DNA of 64,000 nucleotides from a candidate division WOR-3 bacterium (GCA_039802265.1 JBDRWI010000003.1:2072-66071); one strand, 5' to 3'; counted from the stretch's first letter, positions 1 to 8,865 are shown. Numbers and translations are program-made. Notes: generated by a model from the sequence alone, not told the origin.

Positions 1-447
1 TTTATAATCCTTCAATTCTTCTTTAATTTCGTCTTCGTTATATACTACATATATCATTCTCGGTGCATTATAGGGTAGAACACTTGCAAAACTACTTAGT
101 GTGTATATCTTCTGAACAGAGAGATGATGCTGGGCGATGTCAAGGAGTGCTGAGAGAAATAGATGGTGGTTCAACTGGGGTTCATAACCAATGAATATTA
201 CAAGGTCATCTCTCTGCCCACAGAAAAATTGATTCTGTGGGATGAAGGCAACATCATCGACAATCTCAACGCCCCTTAAGTGATAAAAATTTGCCGGTTT
301 GATTTCACAAAAGACCTCGCCCGATAACTTTTCAACGAGCATGTGCGCAATTCTTTTGGCCAAATTCCCCAGGCTGTGTTCCCAGATAACCAATAAAATC
401 GGATTGTTTAAACTTGGCTGTTTCGAAAATTTAAATAGATCAGTCAC
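1..447 (-). CDS. PAC2 (proteasome assembly chaperone-like) family protein, second paralog; runs off the left window edge
   Basis: Not in the ORF track. Translated by hand from GTG at 447, which overlaps the upstream stop: VTDLFKFSKQPSLNNPILLVIWEHSLGNLAKRIAHMLVEKLSGEVFCEIKPANFYHLRGVEIVDDVAFIPQNQFF. This parallels the N-terminus of 440..1372. Confidence 0.75.
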   Translation of the reverse strand, partial: MTDLFKFSKQPSLNNPILLVIWEHSLGNLAKRIAHMLVEKLSGEVFCEIKPANFYHLRGVEIVDDVAFIPQNQFFCGQRDDLVIFIGYEPQLNHHLFLSALLDIAQHHLSVQKIYTLSSFASVLPYNAPRMIYVVYNEDEIKEELKDYK

Positions 448-1372
448 CGGGTTCTTTTTTAAAGAAGTCACGGAAGAATTCATCGCTGTGTTCCTTAAAC
501 CATTTTACCTCTTCCTCGCTTATTGGTCTAATTGATGCCTGATTTTTCTTCAATCGCTCAAAACTTTCTATAAACTTCTCTCTCATTTCTTCAGGCAGGC
601 TTTCCAAGAAGGCGTTAAGGATCTGCTCAACATTTTTATCAATCTGTTCAATATAGCGATCAAAGATAGATAGGTCTATTTCAATGGATAGAATCTTTGT
701 TAAAACCTGTAGTACTGCCCTTGAACCCTTGGGCCAGGGGAAGGGGAACCATTGCAAATAATAGGGGATTTCGCCCATTAGACATATCCCATCTACACCA
801 AATGTCCGGGCGACACCGAGCATCAATCCATTCATACCTGTAATTGTTCCCTGCCCCTGCCTCCCTTCAATGTCGGACATAAGAATTGTATTATCATAAG
901 TGCGGATTTCGCCAATGAGTGCGGGTGTGTTGGGAACTGCCCAGACCCTGGGTCTTGAGGTATGGTGAATCTGGGCAACTGCGGCACCCGAGGTATAGAC
1001 CCGCTTGATCCCATATTTTGTTCCCACCTCGAGAATCATACTGGCAAGATGGTATGCCTTAACACCATGCCCATATCCACCTTCTTCTTCGGATGGCTGT
1101 TCATCGGCGATGAAAAAGATAATATCACATTCCTGGGTTGATTTGTAATAGAACTTATTGCGGGGAAAATTCAGATTTCTCAAAATTCCATCCTTTATAG
1201 AAACCTCATTAGGATAGAAAAAATCCCAGGCTTCAATCTCGCCAAATTCTTCAGCCTTCAATTGTTCACGCAGTGTATCAATAGCAACCAGTCCAATCTT
1301 GCCAATACCCGGCCAGCCACATAAGAGGACCGGATTTCTTAAAGAAGGCTCTCTATATATCCTCACACCCAT
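440..1372 (-). CDS. PAC2 family protein
   Basis: PVLLCGWPGIGKIG N-terminal motif, ITGMNGLMLG and GICLMGEIPYY are typical of the PAC2 / proteasome assembly chaperone family. Confidence 0.85.
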   Translation of the reverse strand: MGVRIYREPSLRNPVLLCGWPGIGKIGLVAIDTLREQLKAEEFGEIEAWDFFYPNEVSIKDGILRNLNFPRNKFYYKSTQECDIIFFIADEQPSEEEGGYGHGVKAYHLASMILEVGTKYGIKRVYTSGAAVAQIHHTSRPRVWAVPNTPALIGEIRTYDNTILMSDIEGRQGQGTITGMNGLMLGVARTFGVDGICLMGEIPYYLQWFPFPWPKGSRAVLQVLTKILSIEIDLSIFDRYIEQIDKNVEQILNAFLESLPEEMREKFIESFERLKKNQASIRPISEEEVKWFKEHSDEFFRDFFKKEPGD

Positions 1373-1374
1373 AA

Positions 1375-1938
1375 TTAGCCTTTTACCCGCTCCAGATATT
1401 TCTTTGTCTCTACATCAATTCGGACTATATCACCGGGCTTGATGAATTGGGGAACCAAGACCTCCATTCCATTCTCCAGGGTTGCTGATTTGTATGCGGC
1501 ATCAAATTCGCCCTTCAATCCTTCACCAGTAGATTCTACTCTCATATCAACGGTTTTCGGGATTATAATATCTATTGGCTTGCCTTCATAAAATTCTATC
1601 TTTAATTTCAAACCGGCAGTGAGGAATTTACTGAATTCCCCTAACTTTTGTCGATCAATGAGAATCTGGTCATACGTCTCCGGGTGCATAAAGCAATAAC
1701 TATCCCGGTCCTGGTAGATAAACTCCATTGGTATAGTCTCCACCATTACATCATCAAGTCTGTCATCAGGATGGAATCGCTGTTCAGTAAGTGTTTGCGT
1801 CTTCAAATTTTTTAACTTCACATGAACCATTGAGCCAAACTTTGCCGTTCCCATCTTCAATTCTGTAGCGATTACCTTAAATAATTCGTTGTTCAATTTA
1901 ATGGTCATCCCGGTTTTCAATTCTGAAGCAGAGACCAT
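1375..1938 (-). CDS. efp: Elongation factor P family protein with a divergent tip loop
   Basis: ASELKTGM N-terminus, FMHPETYDQ and KSATLENGMEVLVPQFIKPGDIVRIDV C-terminal signature; the PGKG loop is replaced by MGTAKFG. Confidence 0.9.
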   Translation of the reverse strand: MVSASELKTGMTIKLNNELFKVIATELKMGTAKFGSMVHVKLKNLKTQTLTEQRFHPDDRLDDVMVETIPMEFIYQDRDSYCFMHPETYDQILIDRQKLGEFSKFLTAGLKLKIEFYEGKPIDIIIPKTVDMRVESTGEGLKGEFDAAYKSATLENGMEVLVPQFIKPGDIVRIDVETKKYLERVKG

Positions 1939-1950
1939 GCTATTCTCCTT

Positions 1951-2238
1951 TTAAATTCCATATCTTATCTCAAAACCCTTAAAATCACCGGTATAGTCTT
2001 CCCAGTTCACCTCTATGTTATCAACCCGTGCCCCGGGTGGTCCTTTACGGCACCAATCGATCAGGTTTTGAAGTGCCGATTGTGGACCCTCAGCAACAAC
2101 CTCAACCCGGCCATCGGGCAGATTTTTCACCCAGCCGGTTAGATTGAGTTTTCTTGCGATATCCCGGGTATGGGCACGAAAGAATACCCCCTGTACAATG
2201 CCACAGATAAATAGGTGGATTCGGCCCTTATCTTCCAT
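1951..2238 (-). CDS. acyP: Acylphosphatase
   Basis: GIVQGVFFR and GWVKNLPDGRVE signatures. Confidence 0.95.
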   Translation of the reverse strand: MEDKGRIHLFICGIVQGVFFRAHTRDIARKLNLTGWVKNLPDGRVEVVAEGPQSALQNLIDWCRKGPPGARVDNIEVNWEDYTGDFKGFEIRYGI

Positions 2239-2258
2239 TTCTCTCTAACCTGTAAATA

Positions 2259-2286
2259 ATTATAACAATATTCTTTTGCCTGTCAA
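2259..2286 (-). promoter_or_regulatory. Sigma70-type promoter for acyP-efp-PAC2-PAC2
   Basis: Minus strand TTGACA (2286-2281), 16 nt spacer, TATAAT (2264-2259). Confidence 0.7.
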
Positions 2287-3218
2287 TAATTTTTGATGCG
2301 GTAGTAATCTATACCCTGATGATTGACCAGTCTTACTTTTTTATCGGCTATAAGATGGGCAAGAATCTTAACTGCCTCATTCCGATTCAATCTTAAAACA
2401 TTTGTTATATCGTTCAGTGTTACGGGTCTTCTTGCCAGTAGATTCAAAATTAAAGTTTCCTTTCTTTCTTTTGTAGTCCTACCCCTTTTTTCTTTAAAAT
2501 CAACAATTATTTCACATTCATTTCCCAGATATTTTTTTATTTTTAAGAGCTCTTCTTTCAATAACGGAAGGGCCCTGTCATCACTCGGGGGTCTGACCAC
2601 CGTATTCAATTGAACCCGCTCGGGTTTAATCTGTGATATAATCTTTTTCAATCCCTCAAGCTCCTCCTTGTTATCATTAAACCCTTTGATTAACATAATC
2701 TCTAACCAGATCTCTCCTTTATATTTTTTTCGAAACTCAATCAATCCCGAAATTGTCTTTTTTAAAGTTATTAAGGGATGTCCGCAATGAATCCTTTTAA
2801 ATGTCTCCAAGTTTGCTGTCGTCAGGGTTGGTAATACTACATCAGCCAAAAGGAGGTCTTGCTGGACCGAAGGCTTATAAAGAAGTGCACCGTTGGTAAT
2901 AACCGCAACAGGAATTTTGGTAAACTTCTTAATCGCACGGATTAAATACCCAATCTTCGAATTCAAGGTTGGTTCACCTGAACCCGAGAAGGTGATGAAA
3001 TCCACCCTCTTGTTTTTTTTGAGAGATTCTTTTAATTCCCTTAGTATTCTTTTTGGGGGTAAATAAATCCTGCGCCTCATTGTCTTGGTGGTGGTTCTCC
3101 CCAACTGGCAGTAGATACAATTATAGGTACAGGTTTTATAAGGAACCAGATCAATCCCCAGCGAAAGTCCGAGCCGTCGTGATGGAACCGGTCCGTAAAT
3201 TAAACTTGCCTCAGACAT
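2283..3218 (-). CDS. Radical SAM protein (COG0731-like) with a C-terminal HTH-like segment
   Basis: YGPVPSRRLGLSLG, CTYNCIYC (CxxxCxxC) and FSGSGEPTL. Confidence 0.9.
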   Translation of the reverse strand: MSEASLIYGPVPSRRLGLSLGIDLVPYKTCTYNCIYCQLGRTTTKTMRRRIYLPPKRILRELKESLKKNKRVDFITFSGSGEPTLNSKIGYLIRAIKKFTKIPVAVITNGALLYKPSVQQDLLLADVVLPTLTTANLETFKRIHCGHPLITLKKTISGLIEFRKKYKGEIWLEIMLIKGFNDNKEELEGLKKIISQIKPERVQLNTVVRPPSDDRALPLLKEELLKIKKYLGNECEIIVDFKEKRGRTTKERKETLILNLLARRPVTLNDITNVLRLNRNEAVKILAHLIADKKVRLVNHQGIDYYRIKNY

Positions 3219-4090
3219 TAAGATTTGACTTTTTTTATTCTATTGTTGTGGTCTAACAGAACAATCGTTGGTTTAAAATTGGGGGCGGTATTTATATCGG
3301 TGAGCATATAAGATAGAATACAAAGCCGATGCCCCACCTTACCCTTTAAAGAGGCTGGACCATAAAGGACAAATCTACCCGAATTTGGTTTTTCAGGAAT
3401 TGTGTAGGTCTCAAGCCGCTCGCCATTATCATAATTTAAAACCTGGACTCTTTCTCCAGGGATGATATTAGCAATTTCCATTATTCTTGCATCAATCCCC
3501 ATACTTCCTTTATAATGGAGGACTGTGGCGGTGATGGTTGCCTCGGTTATCTTTGACTTCAAGACCTCAACAAAGGAATTCCTTTTCCATTTTTCAAATC
3601 CCTCTTTGATGATTACCCGGTGGCTGGCAAAGGGAATCCGGGGAATATTCTCTTTTGGAAAGAATTGCACAGAAATTGTATCAGAACCCGATTTTAATCT
3701 TCCCCCTACCATCTTTATCCTGTATCCCAACAATAAAACATTCCCGTAAATCGTTGTTGATTCCGTATAGACCCCGACCAGCGAATGGACGCTTCCCTTT
3801 ATCCCTGTTTCTTCCCTCAATTCGCGCAATACCGCCTCTTCCGGTGATTCATTTTGTTCAATAAAACCTGAAGGCAATGCCCAATGTCCCTTCTTGGGTT
3901 CAACCCCTCTCCGGACAAGCAATATTTCACCTGCCTCATTCTGCACCAGGGCAGCCACAGCCGGCAATGGGTTCTGATAAGAATACCATCCACACTGCTG
4001 ACACTTGAGGTGGTGGCTTTTTTCTTTTTTTTGCTTAATCAACTTACTCCGACATAAAGGGCAGAATTGATAACCAATCACGTTTTTCAT
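3218..4090 (-). CDS. Zn-ribbon NUDIX hydrolase fused to aspartate 1-decarboxylase (PanD)-like domain
   Basis: CPLC...CQQC ribbon; Nudix box GFIEQNESPEEAVLRELREETG; C-terminal ~120 aa LKSKI...HYKG|SMGID...NGERLETY match PanD. Start placed at ATG 4090 because the promoter lies at 4097-4124. Confidence 0.85.
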   Translation of the reverse strand: MKNVIGYQFCPLCRSKLIKQKKEKSHHLKCQQCGWYSYQNPLPAVAALVQNEAGEILLVRRGVEPKKGHWALPSGFIEQNESPEEAVLRELREETGIKGSVHSLVGVYTESTTIYGNVLLLGYRIKMVGGRLKSGSDTISVQFFPKENIPRIPFASHRVIIKEGFEKWKRNSFVEVLKSKITEATITATVLHYKGSMGIDARIMEIANIIPGERVQVLNYDNGERLETYTIPEKPNSGRFVLYGPASLKGKVGHRLCILSYMLTDINTAPNFKPTIVLLDHNNRIKKVKS

Positions 4091-4096
4091 CAGGAT

Positions 4097-4184
4097 ATTA
4101 TATATAAAATTTAACAAAAATCAATGCCGGCTAATTCCTTTAGTCTATTTGGCTATTGACTTTCCTTTTAATTTTAATTATAAT
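4097..4184. promoter_or_regulatory. Divergent sigma70-type promoter pair
   Basis: Plus strand: TTGACT 4156-4161, 17 nt, TATAAT 4179-4184. Minus strand: TTGATT 4124-4119, 16 nt, TATAAT 4102-4097. Confidence 0.75.
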
Positions 4185-4189
4185 TACTT

Positions 4190-4603
4190 GTGGAAAAAAA
4201 CTTAGAAACAATTACCCTAACCTCCTCAAGTCTGGAAAAACTGGAAAGGTTATTGGGTAATTTCTGCACCCAGACGAATACTATCTGGGCAATCTTAATC
4301 ACTAACTCGGGGCACCTGATTGTTCAGCGGGGATTTGTCCGTCCATTTGATGTCCTGACAATTGCTGCACTGACGAGCAATATCTTTAACTCAACGATGG
4401 AATTGGCAAATCTTATCGGCGAAAAGAAATTCAGGGAATTATTTCAGGAAGGTACAAGGTCAAGTATATACTACATTTCTGTAGATACCAATTATCTATT
4501 AGTCTCAATGTTTGATGACCGCACAATACCCGGGGTAGTAAAGGTTGCCTCAGAAGAGTTTTCAAGGGCGGTGCGCGATATTATAAAAGAAGGATTAGAA
4601 TGA
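4190..4603 (+). CDS. Roadblock/LC7 (MglB-like) domain protein
   Basis: 137 aa with AILITNSGHLI, IAALTSNIFNSTMELANLIGEKKFRELFQEG and SMFDDRTIPGVVK, matching the MglB pattern. Confidence 0.85.
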   Translation: MEKNLETITLTSSSLEKLERLLGNFCTQTNTIWAILITNSGHLIVQRGFVRPFDVLTIAALTSNIFNSTMELANLIGEKKFRELFQEGTRSSIYYISVDTNYLLVSMFDDRTIPGVVKVASEEFSRAVRDIIKEGLE

Positions 4604-6447
4604 AAAATATCAGTTTAGAAAATTTTTATGTATACGAGGGGAATCGTGTGGCATATTTGGCCGCGCAAAAGATTATTCAATTTCCCGGAGAAATCTTTAA
4701 TCCATTTTATATATTCTCTGGTGGGAGCTTTGGTAAAACCCATCTCCTCTGGGCAATATATGAAGAGTTAAAAAAGAAAGGGGAGGTCTTCATATTTACC
4801 GGTAAGGAATTTGAAAAATACCTTGCGGATACCGATGTATTCAACACCCCGGTAATCGTTGATGACCTTCACCTTATTTCGGACAAATATCAGGAAAAAT
4901 TATTAACAATGATTGATGTGCTTTTGTTAAATAACAGGCAAATGTGTTTCTCCGGAAATGTAGCACCAAGGGAACTCAAAAACCTCAATCAAAAAATTAT
5001 CTCCCGATTGGAGGGTGGACTTGTCTGTGATATTTTACCCCCAAAAGAACTGCAGCTTGTTGAGTTTATCAAAAAAAAGTCTGAGGAAAAGGGGGTGATT
5101 ATACCGGATGAGATTGCCCTTGAACTAACCCACCTTGCAGTTGGTTCTTTAAGAACAGTTGAAGGAATGGTCAATCGCCTTGCCGCCTATGCATCTTTGG
5201 GTAATGTCTCCCTTGATTTAGGTAATATTCGTCTTATCCTCAAGGAATTCTATCCCAAGGGAATCTACAGTCCGGTATCATCCCTGCTTGAAGAATTGAA
5301 GAAGAACGCGGATGAGGTTCTTAATGAAATTGCTGAAGGAGTAGACCTCCGTAAGGAATATAAAGAAAAGATTTATATCTGGGAGATGAAGGGATTTGAT
5401 ATATCGGGATTGAAACCGCTTATTGAGGGGGATATAGAGGTCCTTACTAATGCATATAATGAATTTATCAAAAAAGTGGAAAGACTGATTGAACTACAAA
5501 AAGAGTTTGGTACCCTTGATACCAGTAAGGCACCGGAAGAGGCGATAAAGGTAGAGACCATGCTCTTCTCACCGGATAAAATTCCTGATATTGAAAAACT
5601 GATTGCCGAGATCAAGTCCCGAACACTTGAAACTGAAATGCCTCCCAAATTTGCTGAATATTTAGTTGGAGAGTGTAATCAGACTGCCTACGATATTTAT
5701 CATAATTCGATCGTCCCGAATTTAGGAAAAAGGTTCAATCCCTTTATTATATTCGGGGGCAAAGGAACGGGTAAGACTTATCTCCTTGAGGCGATCAGCG
5801 ACGACCTAAAACGCCGTCATTATAAGGTTTATTTTAATGACCTTGCTCAAGGGTCCGGGTTTACTTTTGAAGAGGAGGCGGGATTTAATGCCTTGATTCT
5901 GGATAACTTCTCAAGTATATTTTCTGCCGATGAAAAAAGGCGTAAGGATTTTTTTGAATTGATGATGTCGTTCATAAAAAATGACAGACCGGTCTTTATC
6001 GCCTCCCTCCCCTTTCCGGAGAATGTCGCACTCTCTGATGATGAACGATTGACCTTTGAATTGGGGATTGAAGTCTTTCTCTCACCACCCACGCCTGATA
6101 TTATTGAAAAAATTTTGCGTAAGAGGCTAAAAGAGGCAGAGTTAGAAGAAGCCCAGAAAAAGGGCATTCCAGCGTTCAATTCATTTTATGAGATTGATGA
6201 ATATGTAAATTCCCTTCTTAAAAAAATGCCCGAGCCTGAGGCGGTATCCGAGATTGTCCATCTTGGATTACCGGGTGAAGAAGAGCCTACATCGGTACCG
6301 GTTGAGCAGGAAATAACTGAGAAATCTACCCCGGAAAAGCAAGTGGTGCTTGAAGAATTAGCGCCCCATCCGCCACTAAAGAAATTAAAGGAAGAGCGCT
6401 TGATTCTCACCCACATTGCTGATGAATTGATTGAAGAGAATTTTTAA
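4600..6447 (+). CDS. Protein with two tandem DnaA/Hda-type AAA+ domains; lacks DnaA domains I and IV
   Basis: Domain 1: ENFYVYEGNRVAY, FNPFYI, GKTHLL, IVDDLH, SRLEGGL, RTVEG. Domain 2: EYLVGECNQTAY, FNPFIIFGGKGTGKTYLL, ILDN. Acidic low-complexity tail; no DnaA-box-binding HTH. Confidence 0.85.
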   Translation: MKNISLENFYVYEGNRVAYLAAQKIIQFPGEIFNPFYIFSGGSFGKTHLLWAIYEELKKKGEVFIFTGKEFEKYLADTDVFNTPVIVDDLHLISDKYQEKLLTMIDVLLLNNRQMCFSGNVAPRELKNLNQKIISRLEGGLVCDILPPKELQLVEFIKKKSEEKGVIIPDEIALELTHLAVGSLRTVEGMVNRLAAYASLGNVSLDLGNIRLILKEFYPKGIYSPVSSLLEELKKNADEVLNEIAEGVDLRKEYKEKIYIWEMKGFDISGLKPLIEGDIEVLTNAYNEFIKKVERLIELQKEFGTLDTSKAPEEAIKVETMLFSPDKIPDIEKLIAEIKSRTLETEMPPKFAEYLVGECNQTAYDIYHNSIVPNLGKRFNPFIIFGGKGTGKTYLLEAISDDLKRRHYKVYFNDLAQGSGFTFEEEAGFNALILDNFSSIFSADEKRRKDFFELMMSFIKNDRPVFIASLPFPENVALSDDERLTFELGIEVFLSPPTPDIIEKILRKRLKEAELEEAQKKGIPAFNSFYEIDEYVNSLLKKMPEPEAVSEIVHLGLPGEEEPTSVPVEQEITEKSTPEKQVVLEELAPHPPLKKLKEERLILTHIADELIEENF

Positions 6448-6466
6448 TCTATGTTAAAAAATTGAT

Positions 6467-8074
6467 ATGGCAATCAAAGGTTCATTGAGTGAAGCGAATC
6501 TACCCGATGTGATACAGCTTTTAAGTTTTTCTCTAAAATCGGGTTGTCTTTCTGTTACTGATGGCAGAAATTTCGGTAACATATTTATAAAAGAGGGCAA
6601 GATAGTCTATGCAACTCTGTTAAATAGAAAAGACCGTCTTGGCGATGTACTCTTAAAAAAAGGAATAATTGATGAATCCATGCTTAAGCAGGCCCTTGAA
6701 GAACAGCGTACCAAGAGCAAGAGACTGGGTGAGATTTTAGTCGAGAAAGGTTTCATCACTCAGGAAATACTGGCGCAGGAGTTGACCAATCAGATTACGG
6801 AAACGATCTTCACAATGCTCACCTGGGAGAGTGGATATTTCAACTTTGAGGCAGATTTACTCCCTGGACCGGGTGAGTTTCTGGTTCAACTTTCACCCCA
6901 GCAGGTTCTACTTGAAGGCGCACGGCGTATTGACGAGTGGCGCAAGATTGAAAATAAACTCCCTCCTTTTGAAACTGTCCTTGTTGTAAAATCCGAAACT
7001 CAGGGTGTGCCCCTCACCCTTGAAGAAGAGAAGGTGTTATCGTTGATCGATGGAACACGTACCATTGATGATATCCTCAAGCTCTCAGAATTCGACTTTT
7101 TTGAGACCTGTCGGACAATTTATGGCCTAATTTCTGCCGGGCTGGTGGAGAAACCCAAAAAAACCCTGATTGAGAAGAAGACGGTCGGTGATATTACCGA
7201 ATATAAAAATTTAGGTTTTGCCTTCCTCAAGACTGAAATGTATGAAGAGGCGGAGCGTGAATTCAAGAAGATTCTGGAAATTGACCCCAATAATGTCGAG
7301 GCGCTGTTATACCAGGGTTTGATTGAATTGAGGAGAAAAAATTATGACCGGGCAAAGGAATATTTGACCAGGGCAGATAGCATCGAAAAACGTCCATCAA
7401 TCTTAAATAATCTTGGTTATCTTTATCTTCTGACCGATGAAGTTGAATTGGCCCTTAAATTTTTAACTCAGGCAAAAGAGAGCGCACCGGATAACCCAAA
7501 GGTAAATTGCAACTTGGGTATTGCCCATTATAAAAACGGAGAGCTGGATAAGGCAAGGGAGATTTTAAGTCAGGTTATTGAGAAGAAACCGGAACTTTTA
7601 ACTCCCCATATCTATCTTTCTGTAATCCTTGTAAAAATTGCTACAATTAGAGGGGGTAAAGAAGAAGTAGATGAAGCCATCAATTTTCTAAAGACCTGTA
7701 TTAATAGATTCCCGAGAAATGAAATCTTCAAGAATAATCTTGCGGTTTTATATGAAGCAATTGACTTACCGGAAGAGGCAGAAAGGTCCTATCGTCAGGC
7801 ACTTGAGGATGCGCCTAATGATTATTTTGTTTTGAAAAACCTCGCTGATTTCTATTACGAATCCCAGATTTTAGGAGCCGCCCGGGAATTATATGAGAAG
7901 ATTCCCGAAGAAAAGAGAGACTGGGAGGTTTTATTTAAACTGGGAAACATTTATATGCGCCAGGGCGATACGGAAGAGGCGCTAAATAACTGGCAAAAGG
8001 CAAAGGCCTTGAATCCCGAACAGGAGATTATTACCCGCAATATTGAAGTCCTGCAGAAGGCCCGTGGAAAATAA
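6467..8074 (+). CDS. DUF4388 + tandem MshEN (c-di-GMP-binding motif) + TPR repeat protein
   Basis: MAIKGSLSEANLPDVIQLL and W-x-x-G-x-F-x-F (DUF4388); two RLGxxLxxxGxIxxxxLxxxLxxQ motifs; LLEGARRIDEW; multiple C-terminal TPRs. Confidence 0.85.
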   Translation: MAIKGSLSEANLPDVIQLLSFSLKSGCLSVTDGRNFGNIFIKEGKIVYATLLNRKDRLGDVLLKKGIIDESMLKQALEEQRTKSKRLGEILVEKGFITQEILAQELTNQITETIFTMLTWESGYFNFEADLLPGPGEFLVQLSPQQVLLEGARRIDEWRKIENKLPPFETVLVVKSETQGVPLTLEEEKVLSLIDGTRTIDDILKLSEFDFFETCRTIYGLISAGLVEKPKKTLIEKKTVGDITEYKNLGFAFLKTEMYEEAEREFKKILEIDPNNVEALLYQGLIELRRKNYDRAKEYLTRADSIEKRPSILNNLGYLYLLTDEVELALKFLTQAKESAPDNPKVNCNLGIAHYKNGELDKAREILSQVIEKKPELLTPHIYLSVILVKIATIRGGKEEVDEAINFLKTCINRFPRNEIFKNNLAVLYEAIDLPEEAERSYRQALEDAPNDYFVLKNLADFYYESQILGAARELYEKIPEEKRDWEVLFKLGNIYMRQGDTEEALNNWQKAKALNPEQEIITRNIEVLQKARGK

Positions 8075-8843
8075 CTTTGTAGAACTGATTCAATTTATTG
8101 AGAAAAAGACCTCATTTCCCTGCACCAAATATAAAGTAAGGCCACTACAAAGAAGAATCAGGGTACGCATGCGTGACCTTGGAATTGTTGATTTTTCACA
8201 ATATTATGAATTTTTGAAAAACAATCCAGAGGAGTTTGAGAAACTTTTAAGCGTATTGACGATCAATCTCTCTTATTTTTTTCGAAACCCGGAGACATTT
8301 AACTATCTGAAGGAATCGATCTTCGTTGAACTTTCAAAAAAGGAGCGTTTGATTTTCTGGAGTGCGGGCTGTGCCCAGGGTGAAGAGCCCTACTCCCTTG
8401 CCCTCCTTGCCGCCGAGATGGGAATGCTTGAGCGAATTAAAATATACGGCACAGACATCGACCAGAAGGCATTAAGCCAGGCAAAGGAAGGGATATATCT
8501 ACCGGTGACATTTCAATATACCCCGCAATATCTGATTGAGAAATACTTCAATAAAAAGAACAATCATTTTCAAATCATAGAGGAGATCCGTTCGGTCGTA
8601 GAATTTTATAATCTTGACCTATTTAGTAATGTTCCATTTCGTGATTGTGATCTTATTATGTGCCGAAATGTCTTAATATATTTACAGAAAGAGGCACAAT
8701 CCGAACTTCTTCTAAAATTCTACAAACTCCTAAAACCGGCTGGTTATTTGGTGATTGGTAAAGTAGAACTACTGCTGGGAATCCCCGAGGCAAAATTCTT
8801 TGAGCCGGTAAGTCAAGCAGAAAGGATATATAGAAAGATTTGA
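8064..8843 (+). CDS. cheR: Protein-glutamate O-methyltransferase CheR
   Basis: LTINLSYFFR, WSAGCAQGEEPYS, GTDID and DLIMCRNVLIY. GTG at 8064 preferred over TTG at 8043. Confidence 0.93.
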   Translation: MENNFVELIQFIEKKTSFPCTKYKVRPLQRRIRVRMRDLGIVDFSQYYEFLKNNPEEFEKLLSVLTINLSYFFRNPETFNYLKESIFVELSKKERLIFWSAGCAQGEEPYSLALLAAEMGMLERIKIYGTDIDQKALSQAKEGIYLPVTFQYTPQYLIEKYFNKKNNHFQIIEEIRSVVEFYNLDLFSNVPFRDCDLIMCRNVLIYLQKEAQSELLLKFYKLLKPAGYLVIGKVELLLGIPEAKFFEPVSQAERIYRKI

Positions 8844-8865
8844 TTGACTTGAAGATGGTTGAGAT

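Noticed and set aside
4600-6447. Canonical dnaA and a nearby oriC
   Set aside because: No domain I or IV, no dnaN/gyrB neighbours and no DnaA-box cluster nearby. The only perfect TTATCCACA noticed (40559-40567) is a single copy inside a CDS.
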